A stretch of DNA of 64,000 bases from Botryllus schlosseri (taxonomy: Eukaryota), in the NCBI GenBank assembly GCA_051294905.1, contig CM119372.1:35342001-35406000 (forward strand), given 5' to 3'. The notes under the pieces are model-generated. The model saw only the letters and a list, made by a program, of their open reading frames with translations, searched no databases and had not been told where the DNA came from. Made by a program: the position numbers and the translations under genes. Shown here piece after piece: positions 27,251-41,559 of this stretch. The first letter of the stretch is position 1; every line of letters begins with the position of its first letter.

Positions 27251-29523
27251 GTTCTCATAATCCACTGAAATTCGAGACATAAAATTAGAAGAAAATTGAA
27301 AAAATACGCTGCAATATTTAAATTTGAAAGTGGGCGTGACAGGACACGTGGCGTAATCTCATTCGTGGCTATAATCGGCCTATCTCTACTACTTATGGTT
27401 ATTGCATGATAAACAACCAAATCCGTCCTCAGTATCAGTTTATCCCTAATTTAATCATTTCAAAACACCACATGACTGCGAAAACGGAGCGTAGGTTCGC
27501 TACAAACTACCGCATTCCAACACACGGTGTTAATTTCAATCTCCCTCGGAGCAGTTTACATAGTGTAGCGAGGGCAGCCATACCTCAATTGTTCTACTGC
27601 ATGGATATCTGGAACTTTTCTACACATCCCTGATTCTACTGCCAGTCACTCAGGGTCCAATTAATTCCTCCAAGCCGGATATTAACTGGTCAATTTTACC
27701 TCTCAATTCTCACATGCTTATAGACGGCAGGGATATCCTTGTTAGACCGTAACGCAACTTCGCGCTACAAGATTGCATTTAACGGCAGTTGCAGCATGCG
27801 CAGTAACCTACCTAATAATCGGGAATGTTAATGGCTATGTTTGTAAATGTAAATTCGTAACCGCGAATACCACTTCGAGCGGTTTTCATTCCGCGTCGAT
27901 AACCAGGAAGACAATCTGGATGAGAAAACTGCATACTCATACACACGTCGCCATGTCTGTTTCATATCTGATCATTCAACTAATCGCGCAATAAAAGATT
28001 TAGGGATATGCATCGAAGTCCCGAGTGATAACGGTTGCAACTTTTTTTTGCAATTTTGCAAACTTCATATCAAACTCAACGGATCATATTTGGCGGATGT
28101 GGATCACTGAATAACTTTGAGGTATCATACTTGCTCTACCATAAAAAAAGAAGTATTATATTGGACTGAAATACGAGAAATCAATATTTGACAGATAGTT
28201 TGGAATTTTAAAAAGGGGTACTACGTGCCCCTGAAATCCCAGAATGGGTCAATGTATTTACCTCTCAAAGACGGGCTGAAGTAGGCCTACCTTACAATAA
28301 TGATTGTGGCTGTTGTGAAGATGAGCAGCACGGTTACAGTCATATTGATAAAAAAAGATGTGAATTAAGTGTCAAATTAAAACCTATAAGAGACCCATCA
28401 TATCATATCATATCATCGAAAGAGCCATATGTGGGTCGCCAGCGATATAGGTTCCCAACCCCAGGTTTAGTGTAATTTATGATAAGTTTTCACAGCAAGA
28501 TATTGCCTCTCGAATGGCCTTTCTATCGGGTAGACTCGTAGCGAAACTACTTCATATAATATAGCTTAAATTGGAAAATCACGTATTAGGTTATCATACA
28601 TGTTGTAATTAAATTTACAGCAGTGGTTCTCAAAACTTATTTTAGACAGCACGCCCACCTTTATGATAGTAAAAATCCCCCCCCCCCTTGTCGTCATATA
28701 ACAAAATACAACCGAAATGCGAATGGATAGTTTGATGGCATGCAAGACTATGGCTGTTGGCTCGGATTATCGAAGACAATGCATTGACCACTAACAATTT
28801 GCCACCCGCGACAACCCGAGGGCACGTTTGGCATTATCGAATTAACGATCAACGATAAACTGTTTGCAGTAAGTATCTGAAGAATCACAAAATATTGACA
28901 AAATCAGGTTTTGTCGTAATTGTGAACGCATTCTCAGCGTCACAGTCGTGATAGACTGCAGCGTGTGGTCTGACTGTTCTGGGAACTGTTGATTTTGGAC
29001 TCCCTTTGTTCCGTATCAAGACGGCTAATGGGTGTATTGCAGCGGAAATTAGGATCGGACAATTACATCAAGATCATTTCCGTATGATTGAACTAATTCA
29101 AATGATACGTTATGGTAATACTCCTTGGCGCGCTTTCAAATGGTTTTAATTCATCGAACGGCATTCATTTACCAATTGTTGGTGATTGATATGAGCCGAT
29201 GTAGTAGTAAGTTATGTCGTAAATACCGTGATCGAGTGATAGCCAACATTCTGTAGTATCATTGTCTCCTCAATCCATTGTATTTATATCAACTGCCTAA
29301 TCCAGTCGTACAAAAGCAGAGTTGTTTTAAAAATGATGCAAGACGCCAACACAAACGACGTAGATTGAATACAACATTATGAATGTTACAAATCAAAGGC
29401 TACTTCACGCAATCGTGACAATGTCGAGTCAAAAGCACTAAAACGTTTCTGCGGAGCTGTTGCCAGGATTTGGTATTATATTTCTTCCGAATTAGTTCCA
29501 GTATGGATCCAACCAGTAAGTGC

Positions 29524-29805
29524 ATGCAATTCGTGTTGATTTTCCAACATCGATATATCACTGTGAATGCGATAACGTCAAGTAAGTCAAGCAATGTGTT
29601 ATGATTGACTTGGGTGTATAAATTTATGGTGCAACCTTGTCAGTATTTCTACTTCCGTCGAATTGCGGAACGGTGCAGCCCGCGGACGTTGGATTAATTA
29701 TCCGATCAAACGAAAACGAAAATTATACGATCGGCGCCGAGAATTGTACATTCGTGATGACAGCTACGTCGGCCTCTCATCGGTTAAGGTTCGATTTCAA
29801 CACAG
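29524..29805 (+). pseudogene. CUB-like domain exons (29524-29581, 29644-29805), probably decayed
   Basis: A phase 1-1 exon encodes NCGTVQPADVGLIIRSNENENYTIGAENCTFVMTATSASHRLRFDF, matching the CUB N-terminal pattern. 62-nt GT-AG intron upstream; no clean downstream AG exon. Confidence 0.5.
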
Positions 29806-32792
29806 GTAAATATCAATTTTATTTGTGATTGGTAGAACCAATCTATTTAAGAAAATAGGCTGAAGAATTGGGTTGATCGGGCTGGGATACATTCGATCCA
29901 CCAAGCTTCAATCATTACGGCTCGGGACTCCCGAGATGCAATGAAGAAATCTCCCCAATTTACAATACAGATATTATACTGATGCACTGCAAGCTAGTCA
30001 ACAGCTCAATCATTCCTTCAAAACCAAATACAAACTGCAGTCGCCACATTCAACGCATAATGTTCCAACCACGCTCAAGATTCTACGGAGTAGCATGACG
30101 TTATTTAGAATCAGGTTTGATTCGACTCCCCGATGTGTAACGAATACGGCGGTCCAACAGTCTATAATTTTCTGACATCATGCTTCCACTATTAGTTTCG
30201 TCGATACATCGTTTTTACAATTTATTACAATGGATGCATATCCCGTTCATCCTATTAGCAACTTACATTCGCTACCCCAATTGACCCCCTCCATCGGTGA
30301 GTTTGGAATGTGGGGTAAAATGTCCATTTACTCATCGATTGATTTAAGTACACACACGCGGTGGTGCAGGTGGTAATCCGCAATAAGCACCAACTAACTT
30401 TTCAATTAATATATTAATAAATTTATCTAGCCTCCCTCTAAAACCGATGCCAATTTTTCCTGTACCGCAATTATGTAATATTTCGTAATAATTTATCTGT
30501 CGAATAGGAACAACACTTTGACTTTAATACTGAAACGTTAGAGGTTTAATGTAATCTAAACATTTCCTTATGGCGCAGGTTGCTCCAGGATTGTGATTGT
30601 ATTTACCAGTTCTGCTGTGGACCCAGTAATGATAATACTACACTCTAAATTTAGAAGTGTTGCTCAACCCGGAAAATTGAACACGATTTGTGATCCAAAA
30701 TTGAACACTTAGAAGTGTTGCGAAGTGTTTAAATTTAAAGTGTTTACCTAAACAAGTGTTCAGTCTCAAAGTGGCTGGTTGACCTGTCACCGGAACGCAG
30801 GGCTCAAAATGAAATCGGATTTTATTGCTTCATTAATAAATGCACTTATAACACCCAACCTGGGTGAATATTGAATAAATACGTGCAAACATTCAAATTT
30901 CCAATAGCTGCTGTGACAGGGTTTTATAAATTCAAATCAGCAATTGAAACGGTTTCCGGAATAGTTCATGAAATCACCAACATCACAAATGATTCAGAGC
31001 AAACTCACTACAAATATCATGCAACTCACTCAATCATGGGAATGAAAACGATGCACTGGGATAGTGATAACAAGATATCATTTAGTGTCTTAACTTTTCG
31101 TGGCAGGGGCATGGAGTCAAATTCATTGGTTACGTCCATTAGCAGAAAACAAGATCAACGCAAATCATTACAACTAATGGAAAACGTATCAAATTATGGT
31201 TTGTAAATTGCAAAGTTCATTATTAACAAACAAAACAAATGTATCAGTACCACTTCCACTACCAAGAAAACCAACCACAAGTATTTCTTAATTCTTAATG
31301 AAATTGGGCCCGCTAACCAGGCAACAAAAATATCCTAGTGCTCGCATTACAAGTATTTATATCAGGGTAATGCCTATCACTTTTAGTTTAAACAACAAGA
31401 ATGGTTTCTTCGATTCAATACAAATTTTGCAGATTTATAGAAAAGATTTTTGTTGAACTTTACCACAGTGTGCTGCAAAAAAAATGAAATCTGGAAGTCA
31501 TTACGGCAGTGGTTCCCAGCCCCTCCTTTATGATAGCAAAAAATATCACACACCCCTTATCGTCATATCTTAAAATAAAAAACAACCAGAATGCTAGAAA
31601 TCCTAACGGAAGGATAGTTTGTGGGCATGGAAGTTAATGGCTGCTAAGGAGAGAATAGTCCAATATGAAATTCTGGCTATGCAAAGAGAAATAGCTATCG
31701 CACCGCGTCAAAAAAATTCAGTTGACTGCAGTATCGCGCGCCCCTTCAAATGCTTTCACGCCCCCAGTTCGAGAACTCCTCGTTTAGGATATGATAACTC
31801 CAATGCATAGCAGCTCAAAATGTCAACAATCTTCCTGAATGCTCCATCTTTGCCGAAGCATTTTTATATTCTTGCGATCAGCTTGCAACCAAGGTTTGAT
31901 GAATCTTTGCTTCGAGGCGTGCCATGGCGGCTCCGGCTTTTTACTGGTCGACTCCGAGTGGTGCTTCTTGAAAATATGATGAAATACCAAAGTTTTGAAT
32001 ATGTCAAGGAAAATTCTAATTTTTATGCAGAAATAAATAAAAATATTTCAGATAGGTAGGTTACAGAAGCACGGGAAAGGCGCTCGGCTACATGTGAAAT
32101 CCTATCACTGAGTTAGAGTAAGACTAAAATTAGGAAAACGACTAATAAAAATATCTGTAATCAGGTCTGTATTTTTTTCTATTCGGCCATTTTGTCATTT
32201 ACATTAACATGGCAGACATTGCCAGGCAACAGTGAAAATGCAGAAATGTAACTTTGAATGAAATCCATAGCAAAACGTTGCAGGTCTTTCTAAACTTGTA
32301 TGGCCCATAAAACAGAAAGATTACCTGATTCAATGATAAGACATGCCCTCGGAACTTGAACATATATTCGTTTGTCACTCCATTTGGCTTGAAGAAGAAG
32401 GCAGTTGACTTCATCAACCTCATTTTGCTGAAAATAAAATTGATTGCAAACAAGATCAGACAATAAATATAGCAAAATAGATTGTATTGATGGGGTTAGA
32501 ATCGCTGTTTCTATGGGTTCAGATTTCCATTATGATAATTGACATAGGATTTACATATAACTTTTAATCTAAGATTATATAGCTGCTTTGAATTTAGACG
32601 AGAAATATATCAGACAAAGGACACTTCGATTGTCTTTAGTGCAAAAACTTTGTTACATCTTATCGAAGGTGTTGAGAACTTTTCCTTCATTGCAGGAATT
32701 GTAACTGTTGTCAATCATTTAAAATCCTTCCTTCCTGATTAAATTTAATTAATGCAAATTGGAAATTCTCCTAAATTGATGTTCACCTAGTG

Positions 32793-34465
32793 CAGGGGCG
32801 GGCAACTTCTCCAGTCGGGGGCCGGATATAGGAAAATTAAATACTTGGCGGGCCGGATTGCTGAATCGATACATTATTCGCCCATTTATCCACATATACA
32901 AGGAATAAATCGTATTTAATGAATGTATTTTAACGACAGCAATGTAACTTCAAAGCCATTTCTCGCCAATAATGACAAAGACAATGTGGATTTGAGAACA
33001 GCATTGTCATACAGGCACCACTATGTTTGCTTCTCTCTGATCGATCACCACGGTGCAATCCCTAATTAAGATTTCAAGGCGTTCGATAAGCCCGGTACTA
33101 CAAATTCACCAATATATCTCTTCATTAGGATTTAGTACAGGTATGACCAACCTTTTTGCCATTCACGGCCGCATTTCGACTACTCATGTAGCCTACGGCC
33201 GCATTCCAGGGCATAGTCGTAATGAACTATCTGGACGCCAAATACACATGTTATAGTGTCCATGTCCTTTTCCGGTGAACTCCGGACTTATCCGTTTAAT
33301 CACATAGGCTTACTATACGCACTGACTTCGCGAGTGGTCACTGGTGACTGGTCATGGTTATGTTATGGGCCGTACATAATCGCGCGAAGCGCGAAAATAT
33401 TTTCCGATTCACCTATGAATTTCGTCCCAAATAATAGTATTTTTCATATTATTTCTCATCCGATGTCATCAGATTCAACTGTAGATTTGATGGAGGGTGT
33501 GTTTTTCGAAAATTTAGGACAAGATATCAATGATGATGCATCTTCGGGTGGGCCCATTATAATTAGTCACTTGGTTGCATGCTATTATTTCTTGACCTAC
33601 CATCAAGATTGTCCGTATAGTGAGGAGTACAAGACTCCGAGTTGGTATTTCTATATGAGGCGCATCATTTTCCTCTGCTGTTCACGTCTGTACTGTGGGG
33701 CTATGATTGCAAAGGGCGCCACTATATTAAAATCGATAAACGAAGTCACATTGAATCGCGCGCAGCGCGAAGAAAATTTCAAGATTGATTAGGATCTCTC
33801 AAAAAATCGAGACTCAATTTGTAAATTCAAATTGCATGTCGATGGCCGCCCGCACATACGGTACTAATTGAATTACTTGTCCACAAATTTCCCTTCTACG
33901 GCCGCAGGTTGGCCACCCTGGTTTAGTAGGTGACGAGATATAGCGTGGTTGTTCAACTGTGTGGCCTATTTTATCTCGATATTGAATTCATGCGGCCCGC
34001 GGCCTCTACAAAATTTGAAAGTGGCCCGCGACCCGTTTCGAGTTGGCGACCCCTGGTATAAGCGATGTCTTACAAAAGCCTAGAAGTGTGTCGTGCTACA
34101 AGTCGACGGTTACGGAATCAAAAATATGAAATATCGGCCTAGTGTAAATGACCATTGTAGTCGACAAACACCATCATTACCACAAATGACATTAGGGTTG
34201 AGTACATCGTAAATGCCGATAATGCAAGTCTTCTCGCTTCGACTAACTTACGAGTAAGCACCACCCTCGCTCACTGCGCAGTGCGCATACATGTGTATAA
34301 TAACATACAGTCACTAAAATTTGCCGCTTACGCAAGTGGCAGGAAATCTCTGAATACTGGGGCCGCGGGCCACATTATCATGTAAGACAGAAAACTGTCC
34401 GCGGGCCGGACAAAATCCCTTCGCGGGCCGGATCCGGCCCGCGGGCCGTATGTTGCCCACCCCTG
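32793..34465. mobile_element. Buster/Charlie-like hAT MITE with nested elements
   Basis: CAGGGGCGGGCAAC ... GTTGCCCACCCCTG termini; perfect TSD ACCTAGTG. The empty site (single ACCTAGTG) is visible in the other duplicate arm at ~43411-43418. Confidence 0.93.
33138..33920. mobile_element. hAT MITE nested in 32793-34465
   Basis: CAGGTATGACCAACC ... GGTTGGCCACCCTG termini; TSD ATTTAGTA/GTTTAGTA. Internal sequence related to ~8930-9200 and ~18150-18480. Confidence 0.8.
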
Positions 34466-35441
34466 ACCTAGTGCGTTATAGTTCAGTAAGCAATAGCTCA
34501 AATACAAGTTACACGAGCTCATTACGCTCAACTACACCTCTGTTCAATGTATACAGATGAAGAAGCCTTTTTCAGCTCATATCGGCTCTACTAGATAGTT
34601 TGTGAGAAAAGTAGGACTGCAAAAAACCAGCACAAATGGTGATATATAAAATTAATAAATAGGCTTACATAATCATACGTTTCCATGGGTTCTTGAGACA
34701 AACGTATGTATCGCATAAGATGACTGCACCGGGGAAAAAAAATCCGTTACGAGTGAGTCCTCACGTCACTGTCAACATTGTCTGATAGCGCAGGTACAGT
34801 AGAACAAGAGGGCTCTTTTCAAGAAGTTGATATCAGTTGGACAAATGCTGATACTTTGATATAAGCCATACATATGTCTCAATTTGGAAATCACCCCTGA
34901 CGTAAAAGGGATGAGAAAGTATCACTAAAGAGAAGTGCCGCTTTGCGGATTATGATAAACCTTAACTCGTGCTAGCCTAACGAATACAAAACCTTACTAA
35001 TTCAGTGCTACAATAGCTCAGAGAAAGACACGTTTCACACAATGTCTTGTTCAATTGATACCATCGCACACAAATAATTCGTGGAATAATAGGCAGAACT
35101 AATGAACATATGTGTTCAAATATTCATATTGCTATTTATTCATAAAGTACACAGTGCAATGTCTTCATATTGACCTGAATATTAATACTCTGAAGACCGA
35201 GAGAGAATTCTTAGGTTTAGGGTGACAGTTGCCTGACGGAATGTCTCAGTTCAATAGGGCATGTGCAGTATTGGTGGGGGTATTGCACCTTGAAAATCGT
35301 ACACAATTTAGGAATGGTTGTAGCTATATCAAAAAGTTTTGAAACGAGCCTGATAAAAAAAAAAACAGATGTGTGACGTCATAACTTCAGCGTGCGTTGT
35401 GTGTAAGAAGCGTTGGTAGTAAAAACATTGATGGCGGAGAA

Positions 35442-36202
35442 TAGGGATGGTGTGACCGTGAGGTTCACGTTCGTGTTCTGTATGTGAACCTCACAAATTT
35501 AGAGGTTCACGTTCACAAAGTAAATCTTGGTAGGTTCTTCACTGTGAACCTCTACATTTTACATTTACATTTTTTGACGTCATTATACCTTCGGACCACC
35601 CAAGGCATGGCGCTGGCAGCATGAAAAATCAACAGTAAAGGATCATACATATACCTTGCCAATCTCGGAAACTTTACGTGATTTGTTACAAATGTTTGCT
35701 CCAAATAATCAGCTTTCTGTTAGTGAATATTTAGTGACTCTCTTCATGTGAGCTTGACCCGCAATCACACCACATCAAGAACGAAATAAACTACATTTGA
35801 ATTGTAGATAGTCACTAGTCAGCGAATGATGCTTATTCAAATAAGGTAATTGGCGTTAGCTTATATTTTCTTGCAAGTCCTCGTCGAAATTGTTGGCAAA
35901 GTCACAGAAGATAGTGATTTTATTGGATTATTATAGCATTTGATTTCTCCAGTTTCTTCATTTGGTGGTGTTTATAAAGCCAACATGTAGGCCTACTTCA
36001 GCATTGTGGCATAATGTGGCATGAATCGTCGCTAGGTATCTTGTATATTAATATAGGCTATCCCTTCACTGAAATGTAGGGTTGGTATTAGCAATGTGCC
36101 GTCACGCGACGTCATAGGTTCACGTTCGCGTTCACACAGAACCTTTCAAAAAGGTTCGCGTTCACCCTAACCAGAACCTTTCAGGGGTCCACACCATCCC
36201 AA
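35442..36202. mobile_element. hAT MITE with GGTTCACGTTC repeats
   Basis: TAGGGATGGTG ... CACCATCCCAA termini; TSD GCGGAGAA/GCGGAGAG; related fragment at ~18580-18920. Confidence 0.82.
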
Positions 36203-36929
36203 GCGGAGAGCATAACGATAGGATATTCGGATGAATGCTGATCGACTGATTAAAACGTGGTGCATGAAGTTTGATAGGAATTGGAGTAATGATTGTCTCG
36301 AGTCGTCTGGTGAAATGTTCAATCCAGCGCGGTAGATTGCCACGATCTTCTGATTTTAATCAGACGATTAGCATTCTCCTCAATATGCTAATTTTATGAT
36401 TTCCAACTCTAAATATTGAGATTTGTGGAACATGTGGAAATGGGTGGATGTTAGATGTAGTCGAATTCGCCACAGTCTCTATGTAGTTCGACTCGTGGAT
36501 ATGAAGCGACCGTCATATTAAGATTATGACTCAAACACTATGACTTGTCACAATACTGTGCTGTATCACAAATATCGTTATATCGCTCACAGAGGCGAAT
36601 TTGAGTGTTATAAAGAGTTATTTTAAATAAAAAATAGTTTGATAACGATATATTTAGAACATGATAGCGAGAGTTTATGTAGCCTACTTATCGTGCGCGG
36701 TTATGTTGGTAATTGAGAAGTCGAATTGTATGAGTAACAGTGATGAGCGAAGTCTGCTTTTCGAGACTCCGAGTCCCTCCGACAACTTTGGTCTCTGAGG
36801 CAAAGTCCCTCCGACTCCGGGCATCTCAATCCCAGACTCCGAGATAACCCGCAGAATCTTGTCCAGTCTCCGAAACATCCATATCGGTAGAGGTAGTTTT
36901 TCAAAATCATTGTCGAAGAATCCCAATCG

Positions 36930-37565
36930 ATGTTTTCGATAGCCTGTCTGATATTCAGACCAGTTTTTTTAGTATCCGTGAATTGCCGAACAGTCGCAAC
37001 ATCACTTCTGAGAGTGAAGTTCTCTCCAACAAAATGGACAGTCAAGCTAATAGAACTGCGACCCTTTAGATCGGTCCACATATCTGGGTTGATGCCAGCC
37101 AGCCCATAAGACTTGATAGCAACTCTTAGTTCCTCTGACAGCTTCTGCTTCAAAGATGAAGCCTCCTCATCCAACTTACGTTTCGCCGTAAATCTGGATG
37201 GCAAAACGTCTTCTGCACAACACCACGGCAAACCGGCACTTATACGGTATTCCCCACCCAGCGATCAGTGTTCCCCATGATCACCTTCTTCTTCGATTTC
37301 TCGCATACTTTTTTGTTGGAAGAAAGAAAGGAACTTTCTTCAACTGCGATCAATTCTTCTTACACGCTTCGCTATGTCTTCGAAGATGCGACGTACCACT
37401 TGTCGACTTGTGATGCTTTAGCTGAACATTGCAATTTTTACATCTCGCAAACCCAGTATACTGGCCGTTATTATCATGCAGCATCAGAGTGAAATCCTTC
37501 CACACGTCACTCTTTTTCTGCGTCTTTGTGGGTAACCCACTTGACGTCGACGGTGCTTCCGCCAT
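36930..37565 (-). pseudogene. Ac-like hAT transposase, 5' half (BED zinc finger to first catalytic Asp), frameshifted and 3'-deleted
   Basis: KKSDVWKDF...ARCKNC....GTSHLRRHSEAC (BED finger), LPSRFT, and DMWTD..RSSISLTVHFV spread over shifted frames. Confidence 0.88.
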
Positions 37566-39215
37566 TATATTAAAACGACGAAGGAAGACCAGTCAGTTCG
37601 AACTAACTACCACTAACACCACTGAAATCGACGATCACATCACAGGTTTCAGTAAATTAAGTCCCGCATCGCCATGAAACAGTTGATGGAACTGCACTGC
37701 GCTAAACATACATGATGCATCACTGACGCACCGATCGGCGCTCCTTGGAGTTGACTAAATGACTATTGACTAGTGAGAGTGACTTCCAATTTTGAAGCTG
37801 ATACATGATATCTGGAATTTGGAGTCTGAGACAGACCAGCAGCAGAAACTTGATTGCGGTGCTGATTTTTCTTATCACATCAAAGTCATTTTTCAATCAC
37901 ACCAAACATTACATGACGAAAATTCAGAAGAGTTCTGGATGACTGACTACGTCAATCAATATTGAAGGAAGCGTAGTTGAGTTGATGCGAGCAGAGCAAA
38001 GCAGACGGTTGTAGTTATTTAGTGTGGCTGTTCAGAAATTCGGAATATTTTGTTTTTACAGGGTGAAATTAGCTTACCTTAGTGATTTATGTATTGTTGA
38101 AATCTTTAAAGAGGGCTTAGATGCTGGTATGCCTCTGTGAGCGGATCTTACTAGCGAAAATTCGTCGCAATGTCATTAAATCATTGTAACACATTGCATA
38201 AGTTATTATTGTTTCCATCCAGAAACTTGCTTGTTGTATGTACACTCTAAATCCGCAAGGTCGTATTGAACACTTCATAACACTTTTTTCTGCGTACAGA
38301 CACACTTTTTAGGCCTATAAACGCATTGGGCCATTATCGTCGCAACGCTTCTGCGTATTTCTCCGTTTACATGTAACACTTTGCCACTGCGGCTTACTTT
38401 CAAGCAAATTTATACTTGATAATTTATCATCAATTTCGCATTCATAAACTATCGCTACGTTTGGGGATCACATAAAATCATGGTATATGTAAAATAATAT
38501 TGTTAAACTGACCAAACCAACGTTTAAGGGTATTATTTCAATAAAATATACATATGTCCCTGTGACGCAGAGCGATCACCACCTTCGTTACGGTAGAGTG
38601 CGCTCGATTTCAGTTTGGAATTTGAATTGGTGGTTTGTCAGGCTTCAGGCAGAGAGTAGGGTACACGAAAAGACTTGGAGGAATGGATATATTGAAGCAG
38701 TTGCTGCTTATTGATGGCGTAAAGGATCATAACATCCATTTACTGTAAGGTATGGAAATGCGGTAAATGTTATTGAATATATGTAATGTGAGAATAGTCA
38801 TAAAATGAGCTCGTTTTGACATTGCAGTAAGGTCGTTAGTTTTAGATGTTTTAGCAGGCTACTGATATCCATTATTCATATGAATGTTCTTTAGATGTTT
38901 TGTAGTATATGATTCGTCTGACCTTATTGCTTGATGATCGAGCTTCGAATCTGATAATAGACCAGGCAGCGACCACGTCCAGTACTATGGTACTGATGGG
39001 AAACTGCTATCGAACTAACTTTTTTGATATATAGATAAGGGATGTTCTCTCTATCCACACTGAAATATCCCTATGTAGGCGATAATGTTGTCCATTGTGG
39101 ACAAGTACTGCAATGTCAGCAATTGAATACCGGTATGACAGTCATGCAACGGTAATGATTGTTTTTCAACTGCAACACATTTTACACTACTGTTTCTTCC
39201 AAGTGTTAACTAAGG

Positions 39216-40591
39216 CAGTGGTTCTCAACCGCCGGTCCGCGACGACATTCCTGCCGGTCCGTCAGGTATATTACAATTTTATACCTTAATTCCAAGATGC
39301 AATGGTGAAGGTTTGACCATTGATAAAATAAATAAAACATCAAATTTTAAACTGATTCATAATTTCGGGTGGTAAAATTAGGCCTGGAAACCTGTTCGAT
39401 TTGACTTAAGGTTCAAGATGTGTCATTTGAGGACATGCGAGCGACAAGTACAGAACAGATACGAGCTGACTCATCGCTAAACAGCGCAGTTTGCGCGATC
39501 ATTCGTTTTCGATTCATTCATTTTGTGCAGGACTGTAAATGGGGCAGCCCAAACCGCCCAATTGGAGAGGGGCCGAGCTTGAAAAGGGCCCAAAATTCTT
39601 TTGCAAATGAACATATATCATAGCGTATTTTTTGAAACTTTTTCCAACATTTTTCAATTTCTTTTCGCGCTTTGCGCGATTTAGTGTCTCTAATTGTCTT
39701 GCTTATTAGGTGCCCTTCTCCGTGGAAAACGCATGATTTATAAAAATAGGCATTTTGGCGTCATCCATTACCGCGCCAAGACGTACCAGCACACAATGAA
39801 GTTTTGGTTAATATGAGACTTTCGAAAGGTGTGCCAAAAATGCGGCAGTGAGAAAACCGATTCAATCATGAATGAAAATCTTCGCTATTGTCGCGATTAA
39901 GCTGCATAAACTCTCTGCTTACACCGAATGGAATGAATGTTCTCCCAAGTACTGGTGAAGCATCCATTCAACTGTCGGGTCTGGGCGGGGGCGAAGCCCC
40001 CGGAAGTTCGGCTTATCGCCCTGTGGGCTGACCAACGTTTTTTGAGGTGGGCTGACGAAGTGCATTTTCGGCCAGGATTTGCGGATGGCCGGTATAGCTG
40101 CTGCCTGCTGCATAAGGTGTTTTCTTGCGGCACGCATTGTATTCGTAGTTGCCGGAGTAGCCTGCGTCCAGTGGCAGTGAGCAATGAGCAAGGTAGCACG
40201 ACAAGGTTCTTGGTTCGACTCCGAAACACTTCTTCGCTCGATATTGTCAAAGTGAAGGATAGTATTCGAGTTGGCGTGGTCGGTTAAACCTCGGCCTTCG
40301 GTGCGAAAGACTGTAAACGACTCTTCGGCGGTAGCAGCACGTTTTTCTGGACAAGGCAATTTAACCTCAACTCAGCAGACTCACTTCCATAAACTAACAT
40401 AGATGCCATCATGAAGATAATTAATTACGATCCAAACCCTCTAAATGTCACTCTCCAGCACCATAAATTGGACAAAAAACGGTTGCATACTCTACATTTT
40501 GGCTTCATTTCAGTTTTGAAAGTTCACCGGTCCGCCAGACATTTTTTGAAATTTTACCGGTCCGCGAGGTGAAAAAGGTTGAGAACCACTG
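39216..40591 (+). mobile_element. Buster/Charlie-like hAT deletion derivative with inserts
   Basis: CAGTGGTTCTCAACC ... GGTTGAGAACCACTG TIRs, CCGGTCCGCG subterminal motifs, perfect TSD AACTAAGG. Confidence 0.92.
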
Positions 40592-40594
40592 AAC

Positions 40595-41453
40595 TAAGGC
40601 GATTTTTTTGAAATGTAAAAATAGGTCAAAATTTTGTCAAAATTGTACCGTTAGGTCAAAAAGTGCCGAAATTGTTTATAAAATCAATTTTTTTTGGCAA
40701 CTTGCATTTCGTTTGTATCATAGATGATTGCAGTGTCGGTGAACTTATCATTTTACAATTTACATCTTGTAGCCTACTTTATAGTCCTACTGTTGCAGAC
40801 GGACCATCGTCTGCTCATTGTGAATCATAAACTGTCAAATGAAACAAATGCTCAACGTAGCCTACTGCACTATCCTAACTGAAGCAAGACTGCGTGGGCA
40901 TTGTTTTTTCTATTGGAAACCGTATGATGAAAAATTGCTATGTTGACAGCTTTGTCGTAATGAGAGAGAGAGAGAGTGAGTGCAGTGTACGTACAACTTC
41001 AGTGTTGCCAGCCAACAACTGCCGCTGTGAACGTTCTTTTTTCATCCTTGCCAAGCTACTTAGTAAGGACAGACACTTTCTACCCGAAAACGTCTCAGGA
41101 AAGTATCTTTCGTTGTACTATAACAACGTTTTAATTATTTCTACCATAATACGAGATGTAACTAATACTGGAATTCTTCACGGGTCCAGATTTCAATAAA
41201 ATAGGGTTTTTTCATGTAAATATTTGTCAGTTTTCATGCCAAAAGATTTTTTTCCGGTCAAACTATCTCGTAAGAACAGACAGCTCCAGCCACAAATAAA
41301 GATAAGTACCGGTAGTAAAATTATAACATTATGTGAGAAACACCTAATTTAGGTACATGGGGTCAAAATTAAGTTTTCATCGTCAAAATATGTGTGAATT
41401 TGGATTTTTTAGTCAAAATCTTCCCTTTTTTAGGTCCAAAAATTCGCCCTTAT
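40595..41453 (+). mobile_element. hAT remnant with C-terminal dimerisation-region fragment
   Basis: LPANNCRCERSFFILAKLLSKDRHFLPENV (hAT 'ERSFS' region) at ~41000-41120; GTCAAAA subterminal repeats; TAAGGCGATTTTT / AAAATTCGCCCTTA termini. Confidence 0.65.
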
Positions 41454-41559
41454 AATAGCACAGCCAAAAAAACAATCTTTTCAACAAACCATGGATCACA
41501 AGGGGTAGTATTTGTTTTGCCCGATCCGCAAATTTGACTTTACTGAATTTATGTATTAT

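Larger units (their letters stand above)
30639..34845 (-). repeat. Inverted duplicate (~2.5 kb plus a 1.67-kb insertion) of 43043-45586
   Basis: Near-identical reverse-complement match. ORF pairs 30871..31206/45018..45353 and 32290..32475/43735..43920 are almost identical. Confidence 0.95.

Noticed and set aside
30871..31206. 111-aa ORF 'conserved' at 45018-45353
   Set aside because: The conservation only reflects the recent inverted duplication. It starts with TTG, is AT-rich, and has no domain or splice support.
33256..33792. 178-aa ORF as a gene
   Set aside because: It lies inside a nested MITE, and related copies (~8930-9200, ~18150-18480) do not keep the frame.
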